A program made the position numbers and the translations under genes. Positions 1-8,961 of a stretch of 64,000 nt of DNA are shown here, one piece after another. Numbering within the stretch: position 1 is the first letter of the stretch; every line of letters starts with the position of its first letter. The notes below the pieces were generated by a model that worked only from the letters and a program-made list of their open reading frames with translations, was not told the DNA's origin and did no database searches. This DNA is from an uncultured virus (IMG/VR IMGVR_UViG_3300005440_000007) (taxonomy: Duplodnaviria; Heunggongvirae; Uroviricota; Caudoviricetes), in the IMG/VR virus record IMGVR_UViG_3300005440_000007; one strand, written 5' to 3'.

Positions 1-2
1 GG

Positions 3-101
3 GTCCGCGTCTCGAAAAAGGACTGGAAGCGGTCCCGGCGCTCGCCGTACAAGCGCCCGATCTGGTGCCGGAAATGCTGGGTCGTGCGGGCGGCGTGGTG
101 A
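3..101 (+). CDS. 3' end of a truncated hypothetical protein (CxxC)
   Basis: Open frame VRVSKKDW...WCRKCW...* ending at TGA 99-101. Confidence 0.5.
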   Translation, partial: VRVSKKDWKRSRRSPYKRPIWCRKCWVVRAAW

Positions 102-161
102 GGAAATAGCGCTCTCTCGACTTGGGTTCCAGGGCTTGCCCTTCTCATCAAAGGGGGAAAC

Positions 162-842
162 GTGAACGTCAGCTGTCCCAGGTGCCGTCGCGCGGAGATC
201 TCCGCGCTCGCCGTCGATGAGGAGCAGAATCTCCAGCGCTTCCAGTGCCGTTCGTGCGGAGAAAACTTCACGGGACCGGCGTTGCCTCAGGCTTCCTCCC
301 CGGAGGGCTCGCAGCAAAGGGTGGAAAGCCCCCAAGCGCCCGCGCTCCCGGGGTTCGCGCATGTTCCCATCGCCGCACCGGAGCCCTCGGACGTGCGGGT
401 GCTCGAGGACAAGCCGGTGGGCAAGTGTGAGAAATGCGGCAAGCCCTACTACAGGCTCGGGAAAAGGTTCGAGGAGCACGTCCGGGACTGCAAGGGCGGC
501 CCCTACGTGGTCTACAGACGGCGCGCTCCGCGCGCGGGGGGCTCCGCCCCTACAGGGACGCCTGCGCCGGTCACGGTGGCGCAGCTCTTGCCCGTGGCCA
601 TGCCCGCCGGGACCGGGAAGGCGCTCGATATCTCGATCGAAGCCCTCAAGGTCCAGCGATCGGTGCTGGAAGCCGAGATCGGGGAGCTGAACCGCACCAT
701 CATGACCCTCGAGAAGCTCAAGGGACTGGGAGGTGTCTCCTCCGTCCCTTTTACTCCACCGGCGGAGCCCCAAAAAGGCCCGCCGGAAACCCCGGCGGCA
801 GAAACCCCTTCAGAGACTCTCTCGGCGCCGGCTGGGGCCTAA
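162..842 (+). CDS. Zn-ribbon/Zn-finger protein with C-terminal coiled coil
   Basis: CPRC..CRSC and CEKC..H..C motifs; SD-like AAGGGGG before GTG. Confidence 0.7.
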   Translation: MNVSCPRCRRAEISALAVDEEQNLQRFQCRSCGENFTGPALPQASSPEGSQQRVESPQAPALPGFAHVPIAAPEPSDVRVLEDKPVGKCEKCGKPYYRLGKRFEEHVRDCKGGPYVVYRRRAPRAGGSAPTGTPAPVTVAQLLPVAMPAGTGKALDISIEALKVQRSVLEAEIGELNRTIMTLEKLKGLGGVSSVPFTPPAEPQKGPPETPAAETPSETLSAPAGA

Positions 843-874
843 AGGCGCTCTTTTACGCGGAGATCACCCCGGCG

Positions 875-1333
875 GTGCGCCAGAGGCTCAGGAACTATGC
901 CTGGAAGATGGTCCATGACACCGGCGCCGCGGACTCGATCGCGGAGGACGCGGTCCTGCGGGCTCTTGAGCGCCTCGAGGTGGACCGGCCGAGGTTCTTT
1001 CTCCCGTGGCTTTTCCAGATCAGTCGGAACCTGGCGCTCCACTGGATCCGGGACAAGAAATCCACCGAAAGGATGCTCGAGAAACAGGGCTACCGGGACA
1101 ACCGGAGTGCTTTTGCGGACACGCTCAGCCGGGAGGCCCTCAAGATCTTCGACGGGGAGATCCAGCGGCTCACCGAGCGCCAGCGCCAGGTGCTGCTCAT
1201 GAGGGTCATCGACCACCTGAGCTACGAGGAGATCGGGAAAAAACTGGATCTCAGCCGCGGCGCGGCCCGTGCGCTGGGCCACCGGGCCCGGGCGAACCTG
1301 GCCAGCTGGCTGGGGTACATGAGAGCGCTTTAG
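875..1333 (+). CDS. ECF-type (sigma70 family) RNA polymerase sigma factor; start uncertain
   Basis: Region 2-like 'ADSIAEDAVLRAL...FLPWLFQISRNLALHWIR' and region 4 'LTERQRQVLLMRVIDHLSYEEIGKKLDLSRGAAR'. Confidence 0.85.
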   Translation: MRQRLRNYAWKMVHDTGAADSIAEDAVLRALERLEVDRPRFFLPWLFQISRNLALHWIRDKKSTERMLEKQGYRDNRSAFADTLSREALKIFDGEIQRLTERQRQVLLMRVIDHLSYEEIGKKLDLSRGAARALGHRARANLASWLGYMRAL

Positions 1334-1346
1334 GGAAAGGAATATC

Positions 1347-1514
1347 ATGGCAACCGCGAAGCGGCTCCCGCGCCTGAAGGTTCCGCCGGTCCGTCCGGGA
1401 TACCTGCCGCTTTTGTGCGACCACTGCGGCAGGCGAATGGGTGACCGCTGTCCCGGCGTGACCGTCAGTTATGCCTGGTGCGGTTCATGCTCCCGCAGAT
1501 CCAGCGACAAATAG
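1347..1514 (+). CDS. small Cys-rich hypothetical protein (55 aa, not in ORF track)
   Basis: ATG after GGAAAGGA; CDHC and CGSC motifs; fills the gap exactly. Confidence 0.7.
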   Translation: MATAKRLPRLKVPPVRPGYLPLLCDHCGRRMGDRCPGVTVSYAWCGSCSRRSSDK

Positions 1515-1524
1515 GGGAGATATC

Positions 1525-1782
1525 ATGACGATCAAGATCACGGGCAATGACGCGGCCTTCAACACGGACGAGAATGGGCTTGTAACGGCCAGGTGCAAGA
1601 ATGGACATCTGGTAAGAGCCAGGGAGCGCGTCAAAGGCGAGATCATCGCCATGTATGACGTCTACGACACTTATGTCATCATCGGGGGCTTCCGCTTTGA
1701 TCCGCCGGGGATCAAATGCCAAGAGTGCGGAGAGTTCTTGTCGAAGATCGAGATCATCAACGACGAACCCGAAGGAAAGTGA
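1525..1782 (+). CDS. hypothetical Zn-binding protein
   Basis: GGGGAG SD; CKNGH / CQEC. Confidence 0.7.
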   Translation: MTIKITGNDAAFNTDENGLVTARCKNGHLVRARERVKGEIIAMYDVYDTYVIIGGFRFDPPGIKCQECGEFLSKIEIINDEPEGK

Positions 1783-1813
1783 TGTTCTACCCCTTTGATG
1801 CAGACGCTTCGCG

Positions 1814-2164
1814 ATGACGTATAAAGTGCCGCCCCTCCGCCCTGAGAGACGACTCCGCCCCACCACGAACTGGAAGCGGTGGATGGACGGATGGCTGTCT
1901 CCGGAGGGGAAGTTCTACGGCTGCGACAAGCGCAAGCACATCGCGCTCGGGAACGTGCTGGGCGACCACCACGGGCTTCTCGAGCACCGCGGCTGGCTGA
2001 AACTCCAGGGCGGCTTCTGGGTGAAGAAGTCCCGCGCGGACTGCTACAACTTCCCGGCGGAGCTCGACTGGCCCACCCAGGCCCAGATCGACGCGGTTTT
2101 CGACCGATCGGTGGCGCTCAAGTGCCGGCTTCCGGAGTGGGCCGGCGGAAAGAAGGACGAATGA
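1814..2164 (+). CDS. hypothetical phage protein
   Basis: GWLSPEGKFYGC..H motif typical of small phage proteins; ATGA coupling to next gene. Confidence 0.7.
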   Translation: MTYKVPPLRPERRLRPTTNWKRWMDGWLSPEGKFYGCDKRKHIALGNVLGDHHGLLEHRGWLKLQGGFWVKKSRADCYNFPAELDWPTQAQIDAVFDRSVALKCRLPEWAGGKKDE

Positions 2165-2349
2165 CGCTGATTGCGGTTGTCTACGGCGACTGGCGGCCGT
2201 CGTTCGGCGGAGCCCGGGCGCACTACGGGCACGGTCCGGTCGCCTTGTGCGGAAGCCGTAGAAATTTCACCGACAGCAGGATCCCCAGGGACAAGTGCGC
2301 CAGGTGCCTCAAGCTCAAGCAGCTCAAGAAGGGTCAGGTCATTTCTTAG
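2161..2349 (+). CDS. small hypothetical protein (H..CG..CxxC)
   Basis: ATGA overlap with the upstream stop. Confidence 0.6.
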   Translation: MTLIAVVYGDWRPSFGGARAHYGHGPVALCGSRRNFTDSRIPRDKCARCLKLKQLKKGQVIS

Positions 2350-2359
2350 CTGAGGAATT

Positions 2360-3220
2360 ATGACGAACAACGATCATTGCTGGTTCTGCAAGGGCCATCC
2401 CAAGCACGAAGACCAGCGGGCCGAGCTTGAGAAGGGCCGCGCCGATCTCAACGCTCGACTGACTGCCACGGTTAACGCTCTGGGCGGCACGGTCGAGGGG
2501 AATCCGACTGGACAGCACAACTACCTCCAGCGCATCAGGGAATTGCGGGATAAAGAACTTCAGGTTGAGGAATATCGCCGGTTCTGCCGGGAACTTGTCA
2601 CCAGCACAGAGACGGATTTGACATTCTGGAGACGTCGGGCGCAGTTCAGTCTGGATGCCATGGAAAATCGGCCTGATGAGATCATCCGAAAGGAAGCGGA
2701 GGCCCTCCTGGATCCGAAGTCTCCCGGCTGGAACGAGGGCGCGGACCTGCTCCTGAAGGAATTGAAGGATCGGAAGAGCGCCAAGAATCTGAATCGTGAA
2801 GGAGCGGTCACCGACGGGTCCCCCGGCGAAGGAGTACAAGCATCGCACCGGGGTGGCGATCAGCGTACCCACGGGCCCAGCCAACCCGTCGCTCCTTCCT
2901 GCGAACATGACCGTGAATGGGTCGAGTTTGCCGGGACTCTGGTGCAGAAGATCCACGATCTTCAGCACACCGGAAGTAGTCCGCTTTGCCGGCAGCCGAC
3001 GTGCAAGGCCTTCTACGAGAGGACCACGACCGAAAATCGGGCCAACGACCACGCTCGCGGGGTGTGCGACGAGGCGACGTGCCTCGAGTGCGGGAAGGCC
3101 GAGATCGAGGAGAAGCGGAAGACCGAGCATTGCTACGGAACCCACTGCCACTACCTGACGGAGCGTCGGTGCATGTGCCTCTGCCGCCCGTGCGGCGAGG
3201 CCAAGAAGAAGGACAGGTAA
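2360..3220 (+). CDS. hypothetical protein with Cys/His clusters
   Basis: GAGG SD, 286 aa ORF. Confidence 0.7.
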   Translation: MTNNDHCWFCKGHPKHEDQRAELEKGRADLNARLTATVNALGGTVEGNPTGQHNYLQRIRELRDKELQVEEYRRFCRELVTSTETDLTFWRRRAQFSLDAMENRPDEIIRKEAEALLDPKSPGWNEGADLLLKELKDRKSAKNLNREGAVTDGSPGEGVQASHRGGDQRTHGPSQPVAPSCEHDREWVEFAGTLVQKIHDLQHTGSSPLCRQPTCKAFYERTTTENRANDHARGVCDEATCLECGKAEIEEKRKTEHCYGTHCHYLTERRCMCLCRPCGEAKKKDR

Positions 3221-3228
3221 CTACAGCT

Positions 3229-3678
3229 ATGGCAAAACCAACCTATTGCCCCAGGTGCAGCCGGATGCATGACGTTCTCCTGATGGAGTGTCCATCCGTG
3301 AACGAGCCGATCTCCGAGGAAGCTCTCGCGGAGCTCGAGGGCCGCGCCCAGAAGCTGCGGCGTACCAGTATGGTGGCTCCTGGGCCGCTGGCCAAGATGG
3401 CCTGCGACGAGGTGCCGCGGCTCATCGCGGAAGTCAGGCGGCTCAACCTTCAGGCGAGCATCATCCGGAACTACGTCAACGAGGAAGGCGTGTCCGACAC
3501 GGCCAAGGTGATCCGGGTCCAGGGCGTCGTGAACAAGCCCCAGAAGCCGACTTTCTCGGTGGATGCCGGAGGGAATCTCGGCATGCCAAAAGAGGTTGCC
3601 CATTGCCGCAGGTGCAAGCATCCCACCTTCGTCATGGTGGACGAGTGCGACATCTGCAAGAAGGCAGGGACGAGGTAA
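3229..3678 (+). CDS. hypothetical protein (CxxC motifs, 'VPRLIAEVRRL' helix)
   Basis: Tight packing; start revised to ATG 3229. Confidence 0.65.
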   Translation: MAKPTYCPRCSRMHDVLLMECPSVNEPISEEALAELEGRAQKLRRTSMVAPGPLAKMACDEVPRLIAEVRRLNLQASIIRNYVNEEGVSDTAKVIRVQGVVNKPQKPTFSVDAGGNLGMPKEVAHCRRCKHPTFVMVDECDICKKAGTR

Positions 3679-3681
3679 AAA

Positions 3682-4107
3682 ATGACCGACTGCTCCAAGC
3701 ACTACATGGAAGAGGACGACGTCTGTCCCTACTGCGAACGGGACGCCGCGCTTGCGGCGAACAACGAGCTGATCGAAAAGATGGCCAAGCTCGCGGAGTC
3801 GGAGCCCTGGCCGGAGGGGCCCGCTCCCGCCGAAGTGCTGGCAACGTCGGCTTCGCTGACCTACGAACAGATCGTCGAGGCGACGGTGAAGGCAACCCGG
3901 GAGAGCATCGCGAAGAAGATCCGGGCCCTTTCCTCGATCCAGAGCGTGGATCCGCAGCAGGACTGCGACCACGAATGGACCCATATCGAAGACCACCACG
4001 TCTACTGTCACAAGTGCAAAAAGACGGCGGATCTCTGCTGGACCTGCGAGGCCGAGAAGCAGAATGTCGGCGGCAAGCTGGTGTGCCTGAACTGCCGGGG
4101 TCACTAG
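3682..4107 (+). CDS. Cys-rich hypothetical protein
   Basis: GAGG SD; several CxxC motifs. Confidence 0.7.
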   Translation: MTDCSKHYMEEDDVCPYCERDAALAANNELIEKMAKLAESEPWPEGPAPAEVLATSASLTYEQIVEATVKATRESIAKKIRALSSIQSVDPQQDCDHEWTHIEDHHVYCHKCKKTADLCWTCEAEKQNVGGKLVCLNCRGH

Positions 4108-4121
4108 AACTTGGAGGTCTC

Positions 4122-4256
4122 ATGACGATCACGGGCTGTCGAGTGGCTCCGAGCGGGCAGCATTGGTGGTGGGCGCTCTGGTCTACCGACAATCTTGGAA
4201 GGCTTCTGGGCTACGTCTGCGATTACTGCAAGGACTTCTCGGAGCACAGGACATGA
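4122..4256 (+). CDS. small hypothetical protein
   Basis: GGAGG SD; ATGA coupling. Confidence 0.6.
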   Translation: MTITGCRVAPSGQHWWWALWSTDNLGRLLGYVCDYCKDFSEHRT

Positions 4257-4522
4257 CCAGGGAAAAGGGCTTGATCCTGGTCTGCCCGACGTGGGCAGAG
4301 GGAGTCAGGATCCTCCGTCTCCTGGTTCGAAAGGAAGTGCCGATGCTTGATACTTCTGACCCTAAGGAATGGAGTCATCCCGACAAGATCGGGAAAGATC
4401 ACGACTGCCCCTCGTGCGGCTACCACGGTGGAGGCCACGTCACCGTGTTCGTCGGGCCTCAGATGGGCCGCCGGTGCCTGGAATGCGGATCTACGTGGCC
4501 CATTGAGGTTCCCCAATCGTGA
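4253..4522 (+). CDS. Zn-ribbon hypothetical protein
   Basis: CPSC..CLEC; coupled at both ends. Confidence 0.65.
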   Translation: MTREKGLILVCPTWAEGVRILRLLVRKEVPMLDTSDPKEWSHPDKIGKDHDCPSCGYHGGGHVTVFVGPQMGRRCLECGSTWPIEVPQS

Positions 4523-4758
4523 CCTCCGAGAGCGAGCCCGCCATGCCTCCCGAAGAGATCAAGTTCCACACCTGGACCTGCAAGTGCGGGCTGGTGATCT
4601 CGGGGACCTCGACGTTCAAGGATCACTGGGTGGAGATGATGTCCCATATCGTCCAGTCGTGCCCGCTCGTGAGCAAGGAACGCGGCCGGAAGATCATGGC
4701 CCACATTCATCGGGACAACCTCGGGGAATTCGAGTCGGGTCCGAAGGGAGAAAAGTGA
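4519..4758 (+). CDS. hypothetical protein
   Basis: GTGA coupling at both ends. Confidence 0.65.
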   Translation: MTSESEPAMPPEEIKFHTWTCKCGLVISGTSTFKDHWVEMMSHIVQSCPLVSKERGRKIMAHIHRDNLGEFESGPKGEK

Positions 4759-5051
4759 AGTTCCAGGACGCCGGCTCCAAGGTTCCGGATCCGCTCCCGC
4801 CCGGCGCGGTGATCTTCTATCACACCCACGGGGTCCGGCAGTACTTCGGGACCTGCAAGCTCCACAAGGATCCGAACTGTCGGCACCTGGTCCACTGGGA
4901 ACCGGGCCACGTCGGGCAAGGCTCCTGGCCAAAGAACATCACCCCCGAGCAGAAGAAAAAGTACCAGCTCGGAAAGACTCTCATGAGAGAATGGGTCGAG
5001 CGAGAAGACGACGTGCCGGCCGCGCAGCGCTGCAGGACGTGTTGGAGATAA
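4755..5051 (+). CDS. hypothetical protein (H..C..CxxC)
   Basis: GTGA coupling. Confidence 0.6.
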   Translation: MKFQDAGSKVPDPLPPGAVIFYHTHGVRQYFGTCKLHKDPNCRHLVHWEPGHVGQGSWPKNITPEQKKKYQLGKTLMREWVEREDDVPAAQRCRTCWR

Positions 5052-5053
5052 CG

Positions 5054-5356
5054 ATGCCCAGCCGCCAGATGGCCTTCCAGATTACGGAGCTCGAGATCCA
5101 CGCGCTCCTCAAGCGGATTGCGGAAACCTACGACCTCCGGGACAAGGAAAAGACCGTCGGAGACTGGATCGACTCGATCGACCCCGACCCCAAGGTCCGG
5201 GAGAAGCTCCAGGCGGTCCTGGTGATCTCGATGAAGTGCCAGAAGCAGGGCCGCGACCCGCTACAGATCCGAAAGCTGATCTGCTGGCGCGATCAGACGG
5301 GCAAGCCCAGCCAGCTTGAAGCCGAGTGGAAATCCGGTCAAAAAACCCCGGTCTAG
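5054..5356 (+). CDS. hypothetical protein
   Basis: GGAG SD; packing. Confidence 0.6.
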   Translation: MPSRQMAFQITELEIHALLKRIAETYDLRDKEKTVGDWIDSIDPDPKVREKLQAVLVISMKCQKQGRDPLQIRKLICWRDQTGKPSQLEAEWKSGQKTPV

Positions 5357-5392
5357 AGAGGGATCTAGGCTCCCAGCTGTAGAATCCATAGG

Positions 5393-5932
5393 ATGGTCGG
5401 AATCCCATGGGTCCACCTGGTAGGAGCCTATCTCCTCCTGGGCAGCGTGATCAGCGGCCTGGGACTCATCGCCAAGATCCGCTGGTCGGGCTATGACAAG
5501 CCCATCTTCCCCAACTCCAAAACCAAGGTCTGGTTCGCGATCGGAATCGTGCTCGGAGTGTTCTTCTGGCCCGTGGCGCTCCTGGGGATCGCCGCGGCGC
5601 GCCGGTATCTGGTGCGCTGGAAGGTGAACAAGATCCTGGGGCATTGCGAGCACGCAACCCCTTTTGACCCTTTTTGCAAAGCCTGCGGCAGGGAGCTCAA
5701 GTACCAAGCTTCCGGAAGAAGGACGCCTACAGAAGCCCGGAAGATGTACCGGGAGATCGAGCGAAAGCTCCGCGAGGAGGAGTATCCGCCGCCAGTATAT
5801 CCGCCGGGCCCGGTCTACTCCTCCTACCAGTGCTCGAAATGCGAAGGGCTTTTCCCGGGATTTCCGCCCCACGCCGATGCCCAGCGGAAGCCCCTCTGTG
5901 AGAACTGCAACCTGGAGAAGCACGATGGCTGA
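5393..5932 (+). CDS. membrane protein (2 TM) with Zn-binding C-terminus; probably leaderless
   Basis: Two hydrophobic segments; TAGAAT 7 nt upstream of ATG. Confidence 0.7.
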   Translation: MVGIPWVHLVGAYLLLGSVISGLGLIAKIRWSGYDKPIFPNSKTKVWFAIGIVLGVFFWPVALLGIAAARRYLVRWKVNKILGHCEHATPFDPFCKACGRELKYQASGRRTPTEARKMYREIERKLREEEYPPPVYPPGPVYSSYQCSKCEGLFPGFPPHADAQRKPLCENCNLEKHDG

Positions 5933-6266
5933 TCACGGAACGACCGACCTGGGTAAGGTGATGGAAAACGTCGCGGCGATCGCCATGCACATGGGGAGCT
6001 GCAGGGAAAAGCTCGACCGGGCGAACCGCCAGGCCGGCGACCAGATCGACGGCTGCGTCGGTCTCTACCGCGCCGCGGTCGACATGGCGGTCGCGCTCGA
6101 GGTCTACGGTCGGGAGAACAAGATCTTCTGGGGCCGGGATGCCGACTGGATCCTCACCACCGAGACGATCGCCGAGACGCTGCTCATTTTTATTGCGGAA
6201 GGGAAGAGGATCCCCTACCCGGATGAGCGCGAGGAAATCGTCCGGACGAGCCTCACGAAAAGCTGA
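5925..6266 (+). CDS. hypothetical protein
   Basis: Overlaps upstream stop; GC3-rich codons. Confidence 0.65.
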   Translation: MADHGTTDLGKVMENVAAIAMHMGSCREKLDRANRQAGDQIDGCVGLYRAAVDMAVALEVYGRENKIFWGRDADWILTTETIAETLLIFIAEGKRIPYPDEREEIVRTSLTKS

Positions 6267-6268
6267 GG

Positions 6269-6421
6269 TTACGCCGACTTCTTCCAGGGCGTCCAACCGC
6301 CGACCGCAAAACCCAGCGAGAGCGCCACGAAGCCCCAGCTTGTGGGATTCGGGATGAAGTGTGCGCCGACCGCTGCCAGGAAGAAGAAGGCCGTCGCCGC
6401 TATGAAGAAAATCCTCGCCAT
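6269..6421 (-). CDS. 50-aa two-TM membrane protein (not in ORF track)
   Basis: MARIFFIAATAFFFLAAVGAHFIPNPTSWGFVALSLGFAVGGWTPWKKSA; AGGAGG SD. Confidence 0.75.
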   Translation of the reverse strand: MARIFFIAATAFFFLAAVGAHFIPNPTSWGFVALSLGFAVGGWTPWKKSA

Positions 6422-6470
6422 GGCTTCCTCCTTTTCTCTACTTCAATGATCGTACCAAGAACGGCGCTTT

Positions 6471-7325
6471 TCAAGGCAGTTCCAGATGCTTTCCGAAGTC
6501 GGCAGCGAGCTGCTCCCGCATCTCGCCCTTGCAGTGAATGCTGTAGCGCAGCGCCTCGACGGCGGAAAAATGCTTCATGGAAAGATCCGTGAACTTCTCG
6601 AGATCCCTCCACCACCCCATGAGCTCGTCCTTCGCATAGAGACCGTTCCCGTCCAGGTAGAAGTCTCCGATCTTGAGGACGACATGCTGGGGTAGCGGTT
6701 CCAGAGACTCTTCTTTGAGAGGATCCCGACCGACCACCCAGTGCATCGACGAACTGGGGCCGATCCAGTCGTGAAGCGCCTGGGCAAGCGTCCAGCAGCC
6801 GCCGGAATCCCACATGCCGTACTCTTCGACCTTGGCTCCGCCCTCCGGATCATAGAGATACCGGAGGAACTCCGCGGCGAACTTTCGGAGCCTCTCCGGA
6901 GCCTTCGGACTGATGAAGAAGAAGCGCGCGACGTCGGGAAGCCCCGGTTCCAGGACCGGCCAATGCCTCATCTTGCCCAAAAACCGTCCTTTTTTGACGT
7001 AGGACCGGGGTATAAGGCCCGAAATATCGGCTGTCTGGATCATCGAAACGCCCCGGGTCCGAGCGGCCCAGAGGCGGTGCCGTCCGTCGATCCAGTATCC
7101 GTGGGCAACGAGAATCGGAGGGTAATCCTCGAGCGGCGTCTCGAGATAGTCCTCGAACTCGCGGTCGTCGCCGGGTTCGTTGCCCTCGATCTTGGCCGGG
7201 AACGATTCCGTTAGCACCATGCCCGCCGGGATCTCGGCGTCGTCCTCTGCGTACTCGGCGCCGGCGTCCTCGGTGATCTGGTCGATCAGGACCCGCATGT
7301 CGTGGGGAAACTCGGAGAACTTCAC
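6471..7325 (-). CDS. ParB/Srx-like domain fused to papain/transglutaminase-like (C-H-D) domain
   Basis: PPILV..IDGRHRLWAA; GGCWTLAQAL..QHVVLKIGDFYLDGNG; GTGA-coupled start 7325. Confidence 0.7.
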   Translation of the reverse strand: MKFSEFPHDMRVLIDQITEDAGAEYAEDDAEIPAGMVLTESFPAKIEGNEPGDDREFEDYLETPLEDYPPILVAHGYWIDGRHRLWAARTRGVSMIQTADISGLIPRSYVKKGRFLGKMRHWPVLEPGLPDVARFFFISPKAPERLRKFAAEFLRYLYDPEGGAKVEEYGMWDSGGCWTLAQALHDWIGPSSSMHWVVGRDPLKEESLEPLPQHVVLKIGDFYLDGNGLYAKDELMGWWRDLEKFTDLSMKHFSAVEALRYSIHCKGEMREQLAADFGKHLELP

Positions 7326-8206
7326 CTGGACCTCTTTCTCACGCACCGAGATACTTCCTCGGCGAGATCTCGATAGAATTTCTCCCCCTCGGGGGTGACC
7401 TGCTCCAGGCGTTCCATGCTCTCCACGCCGTCTTGATAGCGGTCGGCCTGGTCGTCCAGGTCCAGCACCATGATGAATTGCGGCACGCCCAGGATCTGGG
7501 AGGGATTCGTTTCGATCCGGAGGCCAAGGCCCGGGACCTCCACCCAAACGTGGTCCACCCAGGTTCCGTCCCAGGACCGGGCTTTCCCCTGGAGCATGAC
7601 GGCGTCAAGGCCAAGCCCCAAGTTGTCCAGCGCCCGCCACGCAAGCTGCGAAGTCTCCGGGCAGCCGGAGAAGATCAGCGTCGGATCCTTGGCGCAAGCC
7701 CGGATCGCGCGGTTCATGCAGATGCTGAAATGGCGTTCGATGTCCTGCCTGGTTGCGGCCTTCCTTCCCTTTCCGGATCCGGAAAGCGACGGGGCGAGAG
7801 GCATCCGAAGAACGAATCGCCCGTAGTCGTAGTTCGAGCCTTCCTCTTCAGGCGGCCCGGGAACTTCCCAGTAGGCGCGGCCTTTCCGGACCTGCTTCTC
7901 CCAGAAGGCGAGCGCTTCGTTCGCGATGTCTCCCGCAGTGTCGGAGCAGAGCGCCATCCCGTGACGCGAAGCCTGGCGCGCGGCCTCCTCGTAGAGCTTC
8001 GTTCCGAAGCCCCTTCTTCTGAAGCGCTCGATCACGTCGATGCCGGCGACCTGCCAGCAGGGGGTATGGGGATCGGGATCGTCGGGAAGATTGCTCTTTT
8101 TCCTGAGGAAGATCGCGCCCAAGAGATCGTCTCCGTCCCACATCTGGATCGTCGCCCGATCTTTCGATGGGTTGTCGACGTCGAAGTAGACGTACCTGAG
8201 ATTCAA
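7322..8206 (-). CDS. GNAT acetyltransferase fused to papain/transglutaminase-like domain
   Basis: V..RFRRRGFGTKLYEEA..A..FW (GNAT); GC..HVWVEV..ETNPSQ. Confidence 0.75.
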   Translation of the reverse strand: MNLRYVYFDVDNPSKDRATIQMWDGDDLLGAIFLRKKSNLPDDPDPHTPCWQVAGIDVIERFRRRGFGTKLYEEAARQASRHGMALCSDTAGDIANEALAFWEKQVRKGRAYWEVPGPPEEEGSNYDYGRFVLRMPLAPSLSGSGKGRKAATRQDIERHFSICMNRAIRACAKDPTLIFSGCPETSQLAWRALDNLGLGLDAVMLQGKARSWDGTWVDHVWVEVPGLGLRIETNPSQILGVPQFIMVLDLDDQADRYQDGVESMERLEQVTPEGEKFYRDLAEEVSRCVRKRSR

Positions 8207-8210
8207 AGGC

Positions 8211-8486
8211 CTACCTCATCCCCTGCTGCTTGTAATACGAAAGCCGCTCGCGCAAGTTCATGGGAGAGACGCGGGTCGCCTCGGCCGGCGCGACCGAATA
8301 TCCGTGAACGATGAAGCCCTGATCGAACAGGCGCTTGAGGGTCGCGCCGATCGCGTCGGCCTGCTCCTGGGTCATCGTCACGAGATAGAGATTGTCCTCG
8401 AGCTGGGGCTCCTTGAAGCGCGGATCCTTGAAGGGGGCGACGAAATGGACGATGTATTCGAAGCGGGACTCTTCTGGCTTCGCCAT
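8211..8486 (-). CDS. hypothetical protein
   Basis: GAGGG SD; packing. Confidence 0.65.
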   Translation of the reverse strand: MAKPEESRFEYIVHFVAPFKDPRFKEPQLEDNLYLVTMTQEQADAIGATLKRLFDQGFIVHGYSVAPAEATRVSPMNLRERLSYYKQQGMR

Positions 8487-8496
8487 CTTTTTGCCC

Positions 8497-8598
8497 TCAG
8501 TTGTAGGAGGCGTAGGGAATGAATCCGCTCCCGCCGGGGACCATCACGAACCACGATCCGCCGTGCGACCTGTAGAATCCTGGAAGCCAGCTCATCAT
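8497..8598 (-). CDS. possible 33-aa Gly/aromatic peptide
   Basis: MMSWLPGFYRSHGGSWFVMVPGGSGFIPYASYN fills the gap. Confidence 0.45.
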   Translation of the reverse strand: MMSWLPGFYRSHGGSWFVMVPGGSGFIPYASYN

Positions 8599-8607
8599 GA
8601 GGAAATT

Positions 8608-8961
8608 CTACCTGATATCGACGAAATCCAAGAGCTTCGTCGGCTGCGTGTGAAACCCGCAGCGCTCTCGGGGAGGATCCCCGTAAGGCCACTGATGGAA
8701 AACGCTGGGCGTCACGTTCCCTTGGGCGTCGATGTCGTGGCCCTTCACGTCGGTCCCGAAGCGTCGCCAGAGCGTGCAGAGCTCCTTGCAGTCCGGATCC
8801 CGGAGCATGAGGAGGAGATAGTGCTTCTCGCCTTCCTCAAGCTTGATGGCCCGGATCTCCCACCCCCACTCGCCGACCGCGATGTCGTTTTCATCCGGCA
8901 CGACGCCGCGGGCGTCCGCCTTCTGGGCCTTCCTGAACTGGTAGGCTCCCGTGGTGGGCAT
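8608..8961 (-). CDS. hypothetical protein
   Basis: TAGATG junction with upstream gene. Confidence 0.7.
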   Translation of the reverse strand: MPTTGAYQFRKAQKADARGVVPDENDIAVGEWGWEIRAIKLEEGEKHYLLLMLRDPDCKELCTLWRRFGTDVKGHDIDAQGNVTPSVFHQWPYGDPPRERCGFHTQPTKLLDFVDIR

